Shown here piece by piece: positions 1 through 18,590 of a stretch of 64,000 nucleotides of DNA; position 1 is the first letter of the stretch, and each line of letters begins with the position of its first letter. The notes beneath the pieces were generated by a model that searched no databases, was not told the origin of the DNA, and worked only from the letters and a program-made list of their open reading frames with translations. Origin of the DNA: the human T2T-CHM13v2.0 reference genome, Homo sapiens; assembly GCF_009914755.1 (NCBI RefSeq), contig NC_060935.1, one strand, 5' to 3'. The translations under genes and the position numbers were made by a program.

Positions 1-137
1 ATGAAACACTGTCATTGTGACCTGTGAAATGTGCAGGATGGGTGGTAAAGGTGGTGGAGGGATAATGGGGTTGGGGGTGGGAATTATGTATCACCACTCC
101 CAACACAAAAGAGATCTATGGTAGTAAAGAGAATCAT

Positions 138-465
<328 letters not shown>

Positions 466-859
466 TTATCCTGTAAAGAAACTCAAAAGCATCAGCTATT
501 TGGCAAACGCCCAACAGATCCACTCCCAGATTTCTATGTCGTACTTAAATCACAGCATGATCATGAGAAAAGAAACTGCAGGGCAGATGTTCACAAACAC
601 AGCTTAGATGGCAAGCTCAAGACAAGAGGAGTGCACTGGGCAAGGCTCCGCCTGTCATCACCCGGCTAGCTCTCACACTGCACTGAATGCACTGGCTGAT
701 GCCATGGTTTAGGCCACATAATTGCAAGAATATTGCATGTACTTTATTAAAATGTCTAAAAACACATACTATTCCAAATCTGAATAAGGCATACTATTCC
801 AGCATACATGAATAGCTTATACTTTTATTTATCTTAAACCTGGATTCTAGTCTAATTTC

Positions 860-1010
860 AGAAAATAACCATTTATTGATTCAACTAACATTTATTGAGC
901 ATTTACTATATATCATACACTGTTCTAGCAGCTTGGAATACATTAGTGTACAAAAGAGACAAAGATTCTCACCTTTCTGGAGCTTGCAGTCTAGCAAGTA
1001 TCTCCATAGC
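860..1010. mobile_element. L2 3' fragment
   Basis: ATTCAACTAACATTTATTGAGCATTTACTAT is a typical L2 terminus. Confidence 0.6.
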
Positions 1011-1064
1011 CACCTCCCTGGCCCAAGTCACCACCATCTTTCACCTGGATGTCTGCAGGAGCCC

Positions 1065-1442
1065 TGACATGGTTTGGTTGTGTCCCCACCCAAAATCTCA
1101 TCTTGAATTGTATTCTGAATTGTAATCCCCACGTGTTGGGGGTGGGACCTCGTGGGAGGTGATTAGATCATGGGGGCGGTTTCCCTATGCTGTTCTCATG
1201 ATAGTGAATGAGTTCTCAGGAGATCTTATGGTTTTATAAGGGGTTTATCTCACTTCACTCGGCACTTCTCTCTCCTGCCGCCATGTGAAAAAGGATGTGT
1301 TTGCTTTCCCTTCCCATTATATTTGTAAGTTTCCTGAGGCCTCCCCAGCCATGCGTAACTGTGAGTCAATCAAATCTCTTTCCTTTATAAATTACCCAGT
1401 CTCAGGTATGCTTTCATAGCAGCGTGAGAACGGACGTATACA
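1065..1442 (+). mobile_element. THE1C/D-type MaLR solo LTR
   Basis: TGA(T/C)ATGGTTTGG...TATACA termini; perfect 5-bp TSD AGCCC (1060-1064, 1443-1447). Confidence 0.92.
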
Positions 1443-1512
1443 AGCCCCTATCTGTCTCCCTGCTTCACTCTCGCTCCCCTTCCATCCAGGCTCCATACAG
1501 GAGCAAGAGCGA

Positions 1513-2290
<778 letters not shown>

Positions 2291-2299
2291 ATGATTTTT

Positions 2300-2690
2300 T
2301 GTAAATGTAAGATATATCATGCCATCCCCTGCTTAAATCCCTCCAGCAGCTTCTCATCATGCTTAGAATACAATGTTAAACTCTGTGGTCTTCAAGGCTG
2401 CATAGTGTCTGACCTTCTGCCTTTTCTACCACTTTTAATCACTCCTCTTTCCTCTCCACTCAGCATTTGGCTTCTTTTTTCCCTCTTAACAGGCCAAGCT
2501 GGCTCCCACTGGGCTTCAGACTTGTTCCCTCCATCTGAAATGCTCTTCCCTATTTTGTCACATGGCTATGCCTTTGTGCCATTTAGGCCTTAGCTAAAAT
2601 GTCACATCTTTAGAGAGGCCCTCTGGCCCTCCAAAATAGATTATTCCTTCTCCCATATTCAGTTACTTTCTATCAAGTTACTTGGTTTAC
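2300..2690. mobile_element. L2 fragment (continues at 3147-3340)
   Basis: L2-like motifs (CCCTGCTTAAATCCCTCCAG, AAATGTCACATCTTTAGAGAGGCC). Confidence 0.6.
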
Positions 2691-2697
2691 TTTTCTT

Positions 2698-3145
2698 TTT
2701 TTTGTTTGTTTGTTTGCTTGTTTTGAGATGGAGTCTTGTTCTGTCACCCAGGCTGGAGTGTTTCCAGAAAACAAGACAGACAATGTCCTCATGCTTGTAG
2801 ATTGTATTTTAATGGGGTACAAGAGATATAATCAATAAGAAAGTAAATAAGTGAAGAAATTTCAAAAGAAGATTAACAAGATTAAGAAAAGAAAAGTAAA
2901 CCATGATCTCGGCTGATTGCAACCTCCGCCTCCTGGGTTCAGGGAATTCTCGTGTCTCAGCCTCCCTAGCATAGCTGGGATTCCAGGCGCCTGCCACCAC
3001 ATCTGGCTAATTATTTTGTAATTTTAGTGGATACGGGGTTTTGGCATCTTGGCCAGGCTGGTCTTGAACTCCTGACCTCAAGTGATTCGTTCTCCTCAGC
3101 CTCCCGAAGTGCTGGGATTACAGGCACGAGCCACTGCGCCTGGCC
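2698..3145 (-). mobile_element. AluS interrupted by a 143-bp non-Alu insert (2761-2903)
   Basis: Both Alu parts are collinear; TSD TGGTTTACTTTTCTT (2683-2697, 3147-3161). Confidence 0.93.
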
Positions 3146-3408
3146 CTGGTTTACTTTTCTTAATCCTGTTAATCTTCTTTTGAAATTATCCTCTTCACTT
3201 ATTTACTTTCTTATTGATTATATCTCTTGTAGCCCATTAAAACATAAACTACAAGCATGAGGACGTTGCCTGTGTTGTTTTCTGGAAAGATGTCTGACTT
3301 AGGGTATGGACTCAGTTAGCTCTTGGTGAACAAGTTAATGAATATGAGTTTGGGAAATTCCCTTTTCTCTGGACCTGCATTTCTTCACCCACAAAATTAG
3401 GGGGTTGA

Positions 3409-3739
<331 letters not shown>

Positions 3740-3750
3740 TCCCACTTTTT

Positions 3751-3886
3751 AAACTTTATTTTATTTTATTACAGACAGGGTCTCACTATGTTGCCCTGGC
3801 TAGCCTTGAACCTCCAAGCTCAAGCTATCCTCTGCCTTAGCCTCCCAAGTAGCTGGGACTACAGGCACATGCCATCGCATCAGACT
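3751..3886 (-). mobile_element. FLAM_A-like Alu monomer
   Basis: Monomer with GTAGCTGGGACTACAGG head; same TSD TCCCACTTTTT. Confidence 0.8.
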
Positions 3887-4329
3887 TCCCACTTTTTGTG
3901 ATTCTAAGTACACTTTTGCTAAGGTTGCAAAGGGTATGCCCCACTATTTAAGAATGTGGTCAACAAGTCCCTGTGTAGCTCAGATCTCATGGTTTCTAAC
4001 TCTGTCTCCCTTGGGCCTCTGTATTTCAGCCTGGGAAGTCCCAGTCTGGTATATTGTCCTCTTGTGTCTGCTGTCCTTTCTTTCACTTTCTTTGAACTTT
4101 CTGTTGCTCCTGTCTGGATCCATTACATGATTAAAATGAAATGAACAGAAAAGGACACATGATTCCAGATTCCAACTGACAATAACTTTATAGAAAATGA
4201 AGGCAATATTTGGTATCATTTCTAGTACCTTCATGCTGCTGCTGAAGGTGATGGGAACCTGCACACTGTAAACATATATTGTTTCTGGAGGCGGAAAGTT
4301 TACACTGGTAAACACACTTCATGTGACAG

Positions 4330-4500
4330 CTATGATGCTGGGCGCTTCCACCTAGATTATTTCATTTAATCACTACAGGAATCCAGTGAAGTAGGTATTG
4401 TACTCATTTTACAGTAAAAGGAGCTGAAGTCACGAAAGGTGAAAACACTTGCCAGAGGTTGTAAAGTGGTGAGTGAAAGAATTAAGCTTGTACCTAGCTC
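4330..4500 (-). mobile_element. MIR
   Basis: TCATTTAATC...GTAGGTATT...CATTTTACAG core. Confidence 0.7.
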
Positions 4501-7500
4501 AGACCCCCCTCACCCCACCAGCATGATGATAATCGTTGAGTAAGAATAGTTATTTCCAGATTATTTCCAGGAGCCTGATTTATTCAACCCATGCCTAGAA
4601 TAAACCTCCTCTCTTGAGTCTCTGTACTTTTTTTGCATGCTGGTTGTCTCATCACTGGATTGTCAGCTCCCCAAGTCAAGTGTCGATTTCCTGAACACAC
4701 AGCAAGCAGGGAAGAAATATTTGTTGAATAACCGAAAAAATGAATACAAGAGAATGAAAAACTAGATTTTAGCTTTTGCGTCCCTCTTATTCCCCTTTAT
4801 ACAGATGCTCAGACATCTTCCACTGAAACTTGTAGGACAAGGGTTAATGGCAAGTTGAGTGTCAGGATTCTAAAAGTGCAAGAAAGCTGCTCGGAGCTGC
4901 AGAATGGGGACATAAATGCCTCTTGCAAGTCTGGTATACTAGCACAGCTGCAAAGCAGGTTAGAACCATGAAGGTTTTCATCCATAGACAGAGTGTATGA
5001 TCTCAACGTCTTGAATTTGTTAATTATATTGTTCATGGCTTCTTTCCAAAGACAACTACATCCTTAATTCTGACCACATCCTCTGCACTGCTAGTTATGT
5101 AGAGTTAGGTAACAAGATAGAATGGTACACATGAATATGCATCTCTCCTTCATTTTCATTAATAAGAATGCAGAACATCTTTTTTTCCCCTCATATTCAG
5201 GCAATTTAATTCTTATTCTTGGAATCTGTCTTGTTAGGAAAAGAAGACAGAAAGAGCAGCCTATGCTATTTCATAAAGTTAAAGGAAAGTGATGCTCCTA
5301 TAGATCCCTTCTGTGTCTAAGCAAAAAGGTGACAAGATGACATTACTTTCACTTCTCATACTGTAATTAAAATCCACTATTATTGCATTCAACTGAATTC
5401 ACCCTTTGTATCATGCAGTTTTAAGGGTGTTGGGAAACCAACTCAAATCCAACATTCTGGACTTTGCTTTAACTTTAAGGAATTTAATGTTGCAATATGA
5501 GACTCTCACCACCCTCCTTCCCACCCTACCCACACACACTAGTCAAATATGCAAGCCAGACGAAAGAACGATAGATCTCAAATAGCTATTCAATCTTTGT
5601 GTTAGGATGCAGAAAGCTGAGGAAATGCCTGGAGGTTTTCTAAATGTCAGCACCATGAATCTACTGCTCTTGGTTCCCATCAGGGATAGTGGAGGTTCAG
5701 AGAGTCCATGACTCTCAAACCACATCTGCTTCAGGATTCCCTCACTGGGTCAAAGGAAGCTTGTTGTTGACATCAGTTAAAGCTCATTGGTTTGGATTAC
5801 AGTTTACTTATTTTCAAAGAGTTAACTTTTGAAATAACCCTTTTCCACATGATTGCTGCCTTTTCCAATTCCTCTCTGGCAAACAAACCCGCCTTACAAA
5901 GATGAGTGTGGCATTGAAACCCTTTTTATCCATCTACTGATAAACCAACTGACCTGACAAACCACTCCACCTCATCAGAAATTACTGCAGAATCACACGC
6001 CAAAGGGCTTTAACTTTGAGCATTCCTCTTGAATCCTTGCACTAAAGGTTATCATTAGAATGATTATTCTGCCTCGGTGATTCAAAACACACATATTGTT
6101 TTCATATGGTATTATCTCATCCAGAAGACCTTGTTAAGTTTTGTCTGTAGATGTAGTCACATTTATTTACCAAAACATACTCCTGAGAACCACTCCTGGA
6201 ATAATTATAGAACAAAATCTGTACTTGGGGGTAAAATGAAATACTGCCAGCAGTACAAACGCAAGTGTCTACTCCAAATTATGTAACTTATTTATGGAAG
6301 TTTGATTTTGTGTAAAAGATATTTTTCTGGTAATGTCATTGTTATATGTTCTTATTATTCACTATCATTTTAACTTTCAGATTCTAGTATCTAAATTCCT
6401 CTTTCTCAATCTCAATAATAAAGTTTGTCATCATTCCCTATCATGTATTAAATAATTTATCATGAAATCTTAATGAGTTTTTGGAGAGAAGGCCTAAAAG
6501 AAGCTTTGTTACATGATATAAATGATAATATAACTAACATTGGAGGACATTATGCACTTTAAATAAATGTGTCTCAGTGCATCAAGAATAGGTACAAAAT
6601 AATTGAACTCAGTCTGTAAACAATCAGCCTATTTCCCAAAAATGAAAAGACATGTCAATGCAAAGAAGCAGTAGTGCCAGGTGTGCTTTATAGAAGGAAA
6701 GAACTGTTTATTTGGTATATGTTTATGGTTGTAGCCTATTATTCATTAATAATGATCTTAGATTTTAAAAGACATCAACTATTTAGCTTTGATTCCCTTT
6801 GACATTATTGGCATAGAAAAAGAAATCTGGATATCTGATTCCCTCCATCTTGTTTTGTTTTGTTTTGTTTTGTTTTGTTTTAAATCATTCTGGCATCTCT
6901 ATTCTCTTTGCCAACACCCAAAAATAGCACTCGATCAAGCCACAGAAGTAATGAATTAAGCATGGTGGTAGATCTGTCTGAAAGATGTGGACCACTTTTC
7001 TAGCAAACAGGTATCCCATGAAGTGTTGGGAGTCTGTCCTACTCACAGTAAAGTGGTCATGGGTAGTTCCTGTGCTTTGCCTCGTGGGATCCAACATTTT
7101 TTGCATTCCTACCCTAATCACCCAAAAGCTAAACATGAGCAAGAATGCTGCCCAGTGAATTCTATTTGTTCTATTTTGGAGAGTGATTAACAACTTAATA
7201 ACGTCTTTCCTCTTGGCATGTCTTAAAATCATAATGCCAAGTAAGACAAACTAAAGTGACATGGCTAAGAGACACATAGCGAGAAGGTATTGAGCAGTAC
7301 CATGAAGAGAAGCCATCAGGCACCAGAGTCTTGAACAGGAGGAAGCTATGGGGCAGAGAGGAAACTTGCAAGAAGAAAATCAGCCCTGGCAATGGAAGTG
7401 AGTAGGGAGAGGCAGAACAGAGAAGCTGGACCACAAGCCTGTGGTTACTAGCCTGGTTGATTGATTGGCACCAGAATGCTGCAGTATTCTGATCAACATT

Positions 7501-7814
7501 CCGGTTCCTGAGGACTGGCCGTGCAGGGCTGAGGCCGTTTCCTGTGTTTCCTTACTTCTCCATTAGATCCTGACAATAAAGTGCCACCCATCCCTTGAGG
7601 AAACTGCTCTATGTTCCTTGTCACCTGAAAGAACATAATGAAAACATCCAGCCATAAGCAGCATGTAGGAATTTGTTCACAGAGGAATTCTCCAGCATTG
7701 ATTGGGACAGGAAATTTCAAATGTCAATAAAACTGACTTTGCTTTGCCATTATACAATTTTTTCTGTGTGTTTTTTTTTTTTTTTTTTGTAATTGTGAAA
7801 GTAAAATTACATCA

Positions 7815-8321
<507 letters not shown>

Positions 8322-9502
8322 CAAAAACTTGAATAAAAGAAATCACTCATAACTCCCACTGTCAGAGATACTGCTGTGTGTGTACATATGTTCATTCATG
8401 TGTTTTAAAGCAGTAGTCACAGGACTAGGACTCTGACTCAGTTTTAGCTAAAGCATGAAAGCAAGAGATTCAAGACATCTAAGGGAGTTGTGAGAAGACC
8501 AATCAGGAGAACTTGCTTTGTGGGATTTTTAAAAACAAACAAAAGCCAAATCTCTCTAGTTAGGGTTTTAAGTCCCCTTACATGCATTGACTTGGAAGAG
8601 TGAAGACAGAGGGAGGATCTGTGAGGAGGCTTTCTCTAGAGCCAGGGAGCTTAACTGGTACGACTGGAAGAGCTTAATTTTGTCCCTTGTGGTTTGGAGG
8701 AAAGGTAGACTGGTATCTGCCTCCTGCCTGAGAAATTTGAGCTGGAGAAACTGGGGCCTGCCAGTTGCTTTGACTGCAGAATGAAGTGCATAGCTCAGCT
8801 GTCAATCAGCCCTCATTTCCAGGGTTTCTCAAGCAACCACAGTATGACTGTGTCCCGTGGAGAAGATGTGGGCCCCAGGAGAGGCTGAGGAGGCATGGGG
8901 TTCTCTTAGTTCATGCCTGCTAGAGTCAGCTCCAGGGGTGAAGAAACCTGAGTAGAAAGAGGTTGTGGGTGAACCCCTGGATTCCTAGCACAGAGCAGGG
9001 GAGAGCACATTATCTGCATGGAAAGAGCTGCTGGGGAACAGTGCCGGGCCACGGGCCATCTCAGCAAACCCCAGACGAGCACACAAGAGAAGAGGCAGAT
9101 TTAAACATCTGCCCTACCCAGAGAGAGTGATGCCACCTCACAACCATTCTAGTCAAGCAACAGCTTTTCTGCATGTGCCTTCCATCCAAACTTAAACCTG
9201 CCTCCCAGCCACCGTCCGGTTCAACCCTGGAACAGTAAAAAACCACCATTGAAGGGGTGGAGAGGCAGAGGTTGATGGGGAAAGGGAAAAGGATCAAATC
9301 CTCTTCACTGTCCTAGGCGTCGCTCTGCAGCAAGCGGTGGCTGTGTGAGGGGCTGCTCCTCTGAATAAAGCTGGGATTAATCTAGGACCGTATGTTCTAA
9401 TTATCTCTGAATTGAGACTGTGTTTGTGTCTTAAAGTGACCAGAAAAGTCAAGGGACTGCCTTTGTTTGTATCCAGTGGCATTTAAAGGGATAGTAGGAG
9501 AC

Positions 9503-9830
<328 letters not shown>

Positions 9831-9859
9831 CTAAAGATGTTTTCTTGTTATATTCCATG

Positions 9860-10760
<901 letters not shown>

Positions 10761-12076
10761 CCCAGGTACCATTTAAAATATTGGTTCTATGAAATCCAAG
10801 GTAAAGAGCCAAGCAAATGGCAAAATTGGCAACTCTTGGCATTTGCTTCAGAGTGTAATTCACAGGCTAGTCTATTTCACACTAACTGGGGACTCAGATT
10901 GGCCACTACAGCACACCACAGATCAGTGCTGAATGTTGTCTTCAACACACCTAAGCTTCTTGGTTGTTTGCTTCCTATTGCTCTTGCCTTTCTTCAAGTT
11001 GCACGATCACTACAAAGAGAGGAATAATGTGGCCGAACCACACAGACATTAGTGTCATAGACACTCTCTGTCACTCTCTTCATCTTTTCCCAGCCAATTG
11101 CCCTGGGAATTGGCATGGTAGCATAAAATCACTGTCCGAGCTTACGTGAGGGTGCTGGGCCTGTGGTGTGGATAATCAGGTGAGGGGTTCTAATTCCTTT
11201 ATTATTTGGGCTGATCAAATGACATCTATGTGTCTCATCTTCCTCATCTGTAAAGCTCAGTTCTTTGTCACCAGCCCCATGCTTACCTATCTGGACTTCT
11301 TTCCTATGACTCCGTCATTTAAACCCAGGGTGCCAACCATTCCAAGCACTTTGCCATGCTCTCTAGGCAACTTTCCAACTTTCTCTTTTGTTTACAATGC
11401 CCTTTCTACATATTCTTTGTCACACGATCTAACTTGTGCTGGCACTTAGCTAAAGGGTTGAAAAACGCCTTTTCAAGTGAGGAAAAAAAATCCAATTCAA
11501 CCATAATGAGCACTTAAATGTGTAAGGATGATATGAAGACACTAGGAAATTCAGGATCTATTGGTGGAAAAAGATATGTACAAAGTAGCTATGATACAAC
11601 ACAGGACATGGTTGATAATATAATATTAATAGGAAATCAAGATTCTTGCTTTAGCATTATGAAGAAGGATAAGATTAATTCTAGCTAAAGGCTAGGAAAG
11701 AATTCATGAAGACAGGCCTTAAAAGACAATCGGAACTAGACTTGCTGGGGAATAAACTCCACTAAGGCTGGGTCTGAATCCATTATTGTTCATCATGAGT
11801 GATACTCATTCCCCAATGGATGAGTGGATAATATGGAAAGTAGGTAAGGTGTGCATGGAGGGGGGTGGTGGGGAATAAATGGGTGAAGGCTTTCATAGGC
11901 AGACTTTCCTTCTGAGTGAAGGAAGCTTTGTTTTTGTTTTGTTTGTTTTAAGTGGTTACAAAGTTTTTATTTGCTGGCCTTGCATCAAGAGAAACTGACC
12001 AAATGATGAGGTTGATTATTATCTATTAATAGTTTTATTACAGTCTTGTGTCACTGGGTTATAAATAAGAATTCCA

Positions 12077-12219
12077 GGCCGAGCATGGTGGCTCATGCCT
12101 ATAATTCTAGCATTTTGGGAGGCCGAGGTGGGAGGATTGCCTGAGTCTAGGAGTTCAAGAATGGCCTGGGCAACATGGCAAAATCCCATCTCTAAAATAA
12201 ATAAATAAATAAATAAATA
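12077..12219 (+). mobile_element. FLAM_C with (TAAA)n tail
   Basis: Left monomer only. Confidence 0.88.
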
Positions 12220-14224
12220 ATCCCAGCCCCTCTGAAATTCTCTCATTTTCTTTGATAGATGCATAGAAGAGGACTCAATACTAGGATCATGCAAGTCTTC
12301 TGGAGGCTTCCTATGCTCTCATGTAAAGAACAAGACTTGGAGGGGAAACTAAAGATTTCCTTTTGTGGTCTTTTGCCGGTCACTCAACACAGATAGCACC
12401 AACACACCACTGCGTTGTCACTCCCTGACACAACCTATTCAGCTGAGAGACAGAGCTAGGGAGAAAGGGGCCACAAAACCCTTTAACACAGATTTAACTT
12501 CTATTTTTATCAGAAATGATTTCATGCCTCTCTTCTATTTAACATTTACAGAATTCTAAAACAAAAACAGTTAACTTAAATCTCACTCTCTATGTGCAAG
12601 GTTGTTAAAAATTAGTGAACATTTAGTAGAAGTTACTGATGGTGAACAGACTGCTAAGGAAGGGAAGAGAAGGAAGTCAAGTGGGATGAAATCTGACAAG
12701 CCAGAGTTTACCCACAATAAACAAACACCAGCCTTCTTTAGGACTTTAGTTTCCAATATTGATATGAACAGTCTTTCTGAATTGAAGATTTACGTATTCC
12801 AACTCCTGATTATAGCACAATAAATGTGTTATGTAGAATTGGTTTAATGGAAGCATTAAGCCATAATTGGGAGTCATTCTCCTTTACCTACCTCCCACTT
12901 ATCCACCTGCCACTTCAATGCCAGCCTCTATGAAGTTTTGCCTAATAATTTTAGCTCCAATCCATCTTTCTCTTCTCCAAAACCCTACCTCACTGCTGTC
13001 CATGCCACCCCTTAAGTACTTAGTCATGCGTAGCCTTATATTCTTGTTTGAATTCTCATGTCCTGTCCTCCCAAACAGATTATACATTTCTTGGGTCCCA
13101 TACTTTGCATTTACCATAGCAGATTTCATAGCCCATACAAACATTAGGCCTTCAAAATATTTGTCAAGTATTTCTTCAATAAAAATGAAAACATCCCAAA
13201 TCTTGATCCCCTAAATGTTAAATGGGACTTAGTTAAGCAAACTAACATCATGATATACTGGAAACAGGTATCTCTTTCCTTTACCCTTGTGCCTGCTGAA
13301 GATCTTATTCTCAGCCTTGCTGTTTTAAACTCAGGGGTGTGTGTACAACATATTTAAGCAAATTCTGGAATACCAAAGCCAAGCAGTCTTCCAGGGGCTT
13401 CATCCTGGCACACAGCAGCTTACCTGGTGGGTGTTGGGTAGCACACAGTAGAATGGCCGCTTTGTCTCTCTTGAGTGACTCTGGACAAGCTTCAAAACCA
13501 AAATCCACAGTGCCCTATCCTGGTGGGCAGAATACACTGAAGACAGGGGGTTTCCGACTCGCTGAAGACAAAACACCCTTCTGCTGACCCCGTACCAAAG
13601 GGGAGGGTGCCGGTGAAAGCCAGCTTGTTACTGCTTCAGGGAGGAGAAGCAGTTACTGAAATAAAGTGTCTTACTTTTTTTGGGAGGGGGGGAGGGCGTC
13701 TCAATAATCAGTTGGCCTTAATTATTTTTGCTTAGAATAGGAGAGATAAAGCTCCTGACTGAAGTCCAAAGCTGCAGGGGAGGAAATGACCAGGCACGCG
13801 GGTTCCTCTGGCTCGCTGGGCACCTGCTGCCTGGCAGGCTGCTCACCATGGCTGGCCGGCGTGGTGGTTCCTGAGAACCAATCGGTTCCCCCCTCTACTG
13901 TCAGGTGGCTGCTCTCAGCTTCTCTCCCAGAAGTCCTTCACCAGGCCATCTGGAGCCGAGGAACAAGTTCCAAGTTCTCTTGGCCAGAATTCTGCTTTGA
14001 AATCTGTCCACACCTCCCCCCAACCCCCAGTCTTGGTCACAGGCCTAAAATTTGACCTCAATCGCTGAGAAATAATGTACAACAAGAGATCTGCCTTTAA
14101 ATATTTCAAAGTTGATGGAAGAGTTGATGTCCTTTAGTATTCAGATATATTACCTTACCCTGGAATCACAAAGTATAGAGTCCACTTGGACCCACTCGTT
14201 TCAGCAGTAGGTCAAATGCCATAA

Positions 14225-15270
<1,046 letters not shown>

Positions 15271-15730
15271 GAACTGAAATGTTATTGAATCATGATATGG
15301 AAAAAAAAATCTATGGGGCTCTCACTTTACAGAGGAACACGGAGGTGCCTAGCTAGACCTCTGACTCCTGATGCTGTGAGGCACTGGCAGGAGGGTCTTG
15401 GGACAGTGACAGTTTCCAAAGACAACTGCCTCAATGCTGCAAATGGAGGAGCTTATCATACCCGGCAGCTCCAAGAAAAAGGTAAAATTGCAGTGCTACT
15501 CCCAATGCTTAATGTTGATGGTTGACCTGCAATCAAAAACTCCAAATGACTGTCTACCTTCCAGAAAGGAAAGCAGATCTGAGCCAAGAGAGTAACCAGG
15601 GCCTGGCCTGCCTCCTGAAATGGCCCAGGCCCCTGGAGGTATGGAATCTTCCAGCTTTAGGAGACTGCCACCTGTGAGTGTCTGCAGCACCTCAGAGATG
15701 AAGTTCAGGTAAGCTGAGAACAGAATAGCA

Positions 15731-16356
<626 letters not shown>

Positions 16357-17300
16357 AAAAAGTATTATCACTTTAATAATAAAACTATCACTGTTTTGGA
16401 GAACTGTTTGGAAATTGTGGCATTTACAATATTTGTCAGGTGGGTTTTAGACACGTGCAAGTTGTTTTTAAGAAAAGATTTACATTTATGTATTGTTTTG
16501 TGACTGTGAACTCTCCTTAAGGCTCTGGAAGGCCCAGGACAAGGTGTTATAAGCTGACACATGGGGGAAATGAAAGGAAGTCTAAGGAAGAAGCTGGAGC
16601 CTCAGCTCGGTGGAACTGGGAATACAAAGAGCTGGGTAGAGCTGTCTGAGGGTGAGGCCTGGTGTGGCTTTGAAGGTGGAGACAGCTACCCTGGAGGGAG
16701 TGTGTTACTCATAAACCTTTTAAAGACTTGCCTGGATGGTAGAGGCAAAGCAATTACACAACCGTGGATAGACATGACCTAATTTATTGGCCTTCCCAGT
16801 TACCTACTGTGGAGCCAGTGCTATACCATAACCCACAACTAAGAATGAATTTTGGTGGAGTGAGGAGGGGTGTTGCTGAGAATAGGGGAGAAACTGATGT
16901 CCTTAAGGAGGAAGAGGCACTGGGAAACAGACCAGAGTGCAGAGAGGTGGACAGACTCTCCTTGATGCACTCCCCATGGAGAAGGCCATTGTCAGAATTC
17001 CGCCTGCTTTTTCTACTCTGAGGAGTGAAGAGCTTTTTTTACTCTGAGGCGTGAAGCCCTTAATACCACCACTTAGAGGACGACTTTGGGCAAACAGAGC
17101 TCTCACTTGGCCCCTGGTAATGCTGAAGGGGAGCTCCCAAGGGCAAACTCGAGTGCAAATGTAGTAATTCAGCCAGCAACTGAGACCTCCCCTCAAATAT
17201 GTACAATCCCAAAAGTCATTTTCAGACACCTTTTTGACATCTGAAGAAGGGAACCACACATAAAATACATGACAGCAATGTTTAAAATAGTCATTGAACA

Positions 17301-17584
17301 GGCTGGGGCGGTGGCTCACGCTTGTAATCCCAGCACTTTGGGAGGCCAAGGCGGGCGGATCATGAGGTCAGGAGATCGAGACCACAGTGAAACCCTGTTT
17401 CTACTAAAAATACAAAAAATTAGCCAGGCGTGGTGGCGGGCGCCTGTAGTCCCAGCTACTCGGAGAGGCTGAGGCAGGAAAAAAGGCGTGAACCCGGGAG
17501 GCGGAGCTTGCAGTTAGCCGAGATAGCACCACTGCACTCCAGCCTGGGTGACAGAGCGAGACTCTGTCTCCAAAAAAAAAAAAA
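17301..17584 (+). mobile_element. AluY with ~12-nt internal deletion
   Basis: AluY diagnostics (GGCGTGAACC, GCGGAGCTTG); TSD CATTGAACA. Confidence 0.92.
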
Positions 17585-18055
17585 GGCATTGAACATAACT
17601 GCTCAGTTTGAGCCAATGTGAGCAACTACAGTGGAGTTCAAAGAAGCCAGTTCACAAGGCCAGGATCTAACCAGCTTGTGGGCACGACAGCATTTGTGTT
17701 TATGCATAACCTACACCAAGTGCGCAGTGAAACAAAACCAAAACAACCAAAAGTAAAAAGTGATTCTTTACAGTTGCCTGACTAAATAGCTCCGGGGCAG
17801 AAGAACCCTTTGATCCTGCCAAGCAGTTTTAAAGCAGCAAAGTACTCCACACGTTTACTCACTGTCCCCTGACTGGTTTCTCTGCTGCTTTTTATCTCTG
17901 TGGAACCAATCTACTGCATCACTTTCTGTTTCCTAGTTGGACCCTGACTGATGTGCAGACAATGATCTCCTAAGGATCCTTACCAGCCCACCTGTGAGTG
18001 GAAACATTAAATTCACAACATGTGAGGTTCTTATTTTGTTTGCTTTCTTGTCTAG

Positions 18056-18380
<325 letters not shown>

Positions 18381-18463
18381 CATGTCTAGTAATACTGTTA
18401 GTCATTTACCTCTGCAATTAAGTAATTTTTGAAGTAAATTAATTTTGATACAAGTTAAAAAAC

Positions 18464-18590
18464 GGGCTGCTCGTGTCTGTAATCCTAGCAGTCTGGGAGG
18501 ACGAGGCAGGAGGATTGCTTGAGCCCAGGAGTTTGAGACCAGTCTGAATAATATAGAGAGAACTTGTCTCAAAAAAATGTTGAAAAAAAT
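18464..18590 (+). mobile_element. FLAM-like monomer
   Basis: Diverged left monomer followed by the GAAA array. Confidence 0.8.

Noticed and set aside
4783-4860. Plus-strand acceptor followed by ATG and a 17-codon ORF
   Set aside because: No partner exon or similarity to a known protein; expected by chance.
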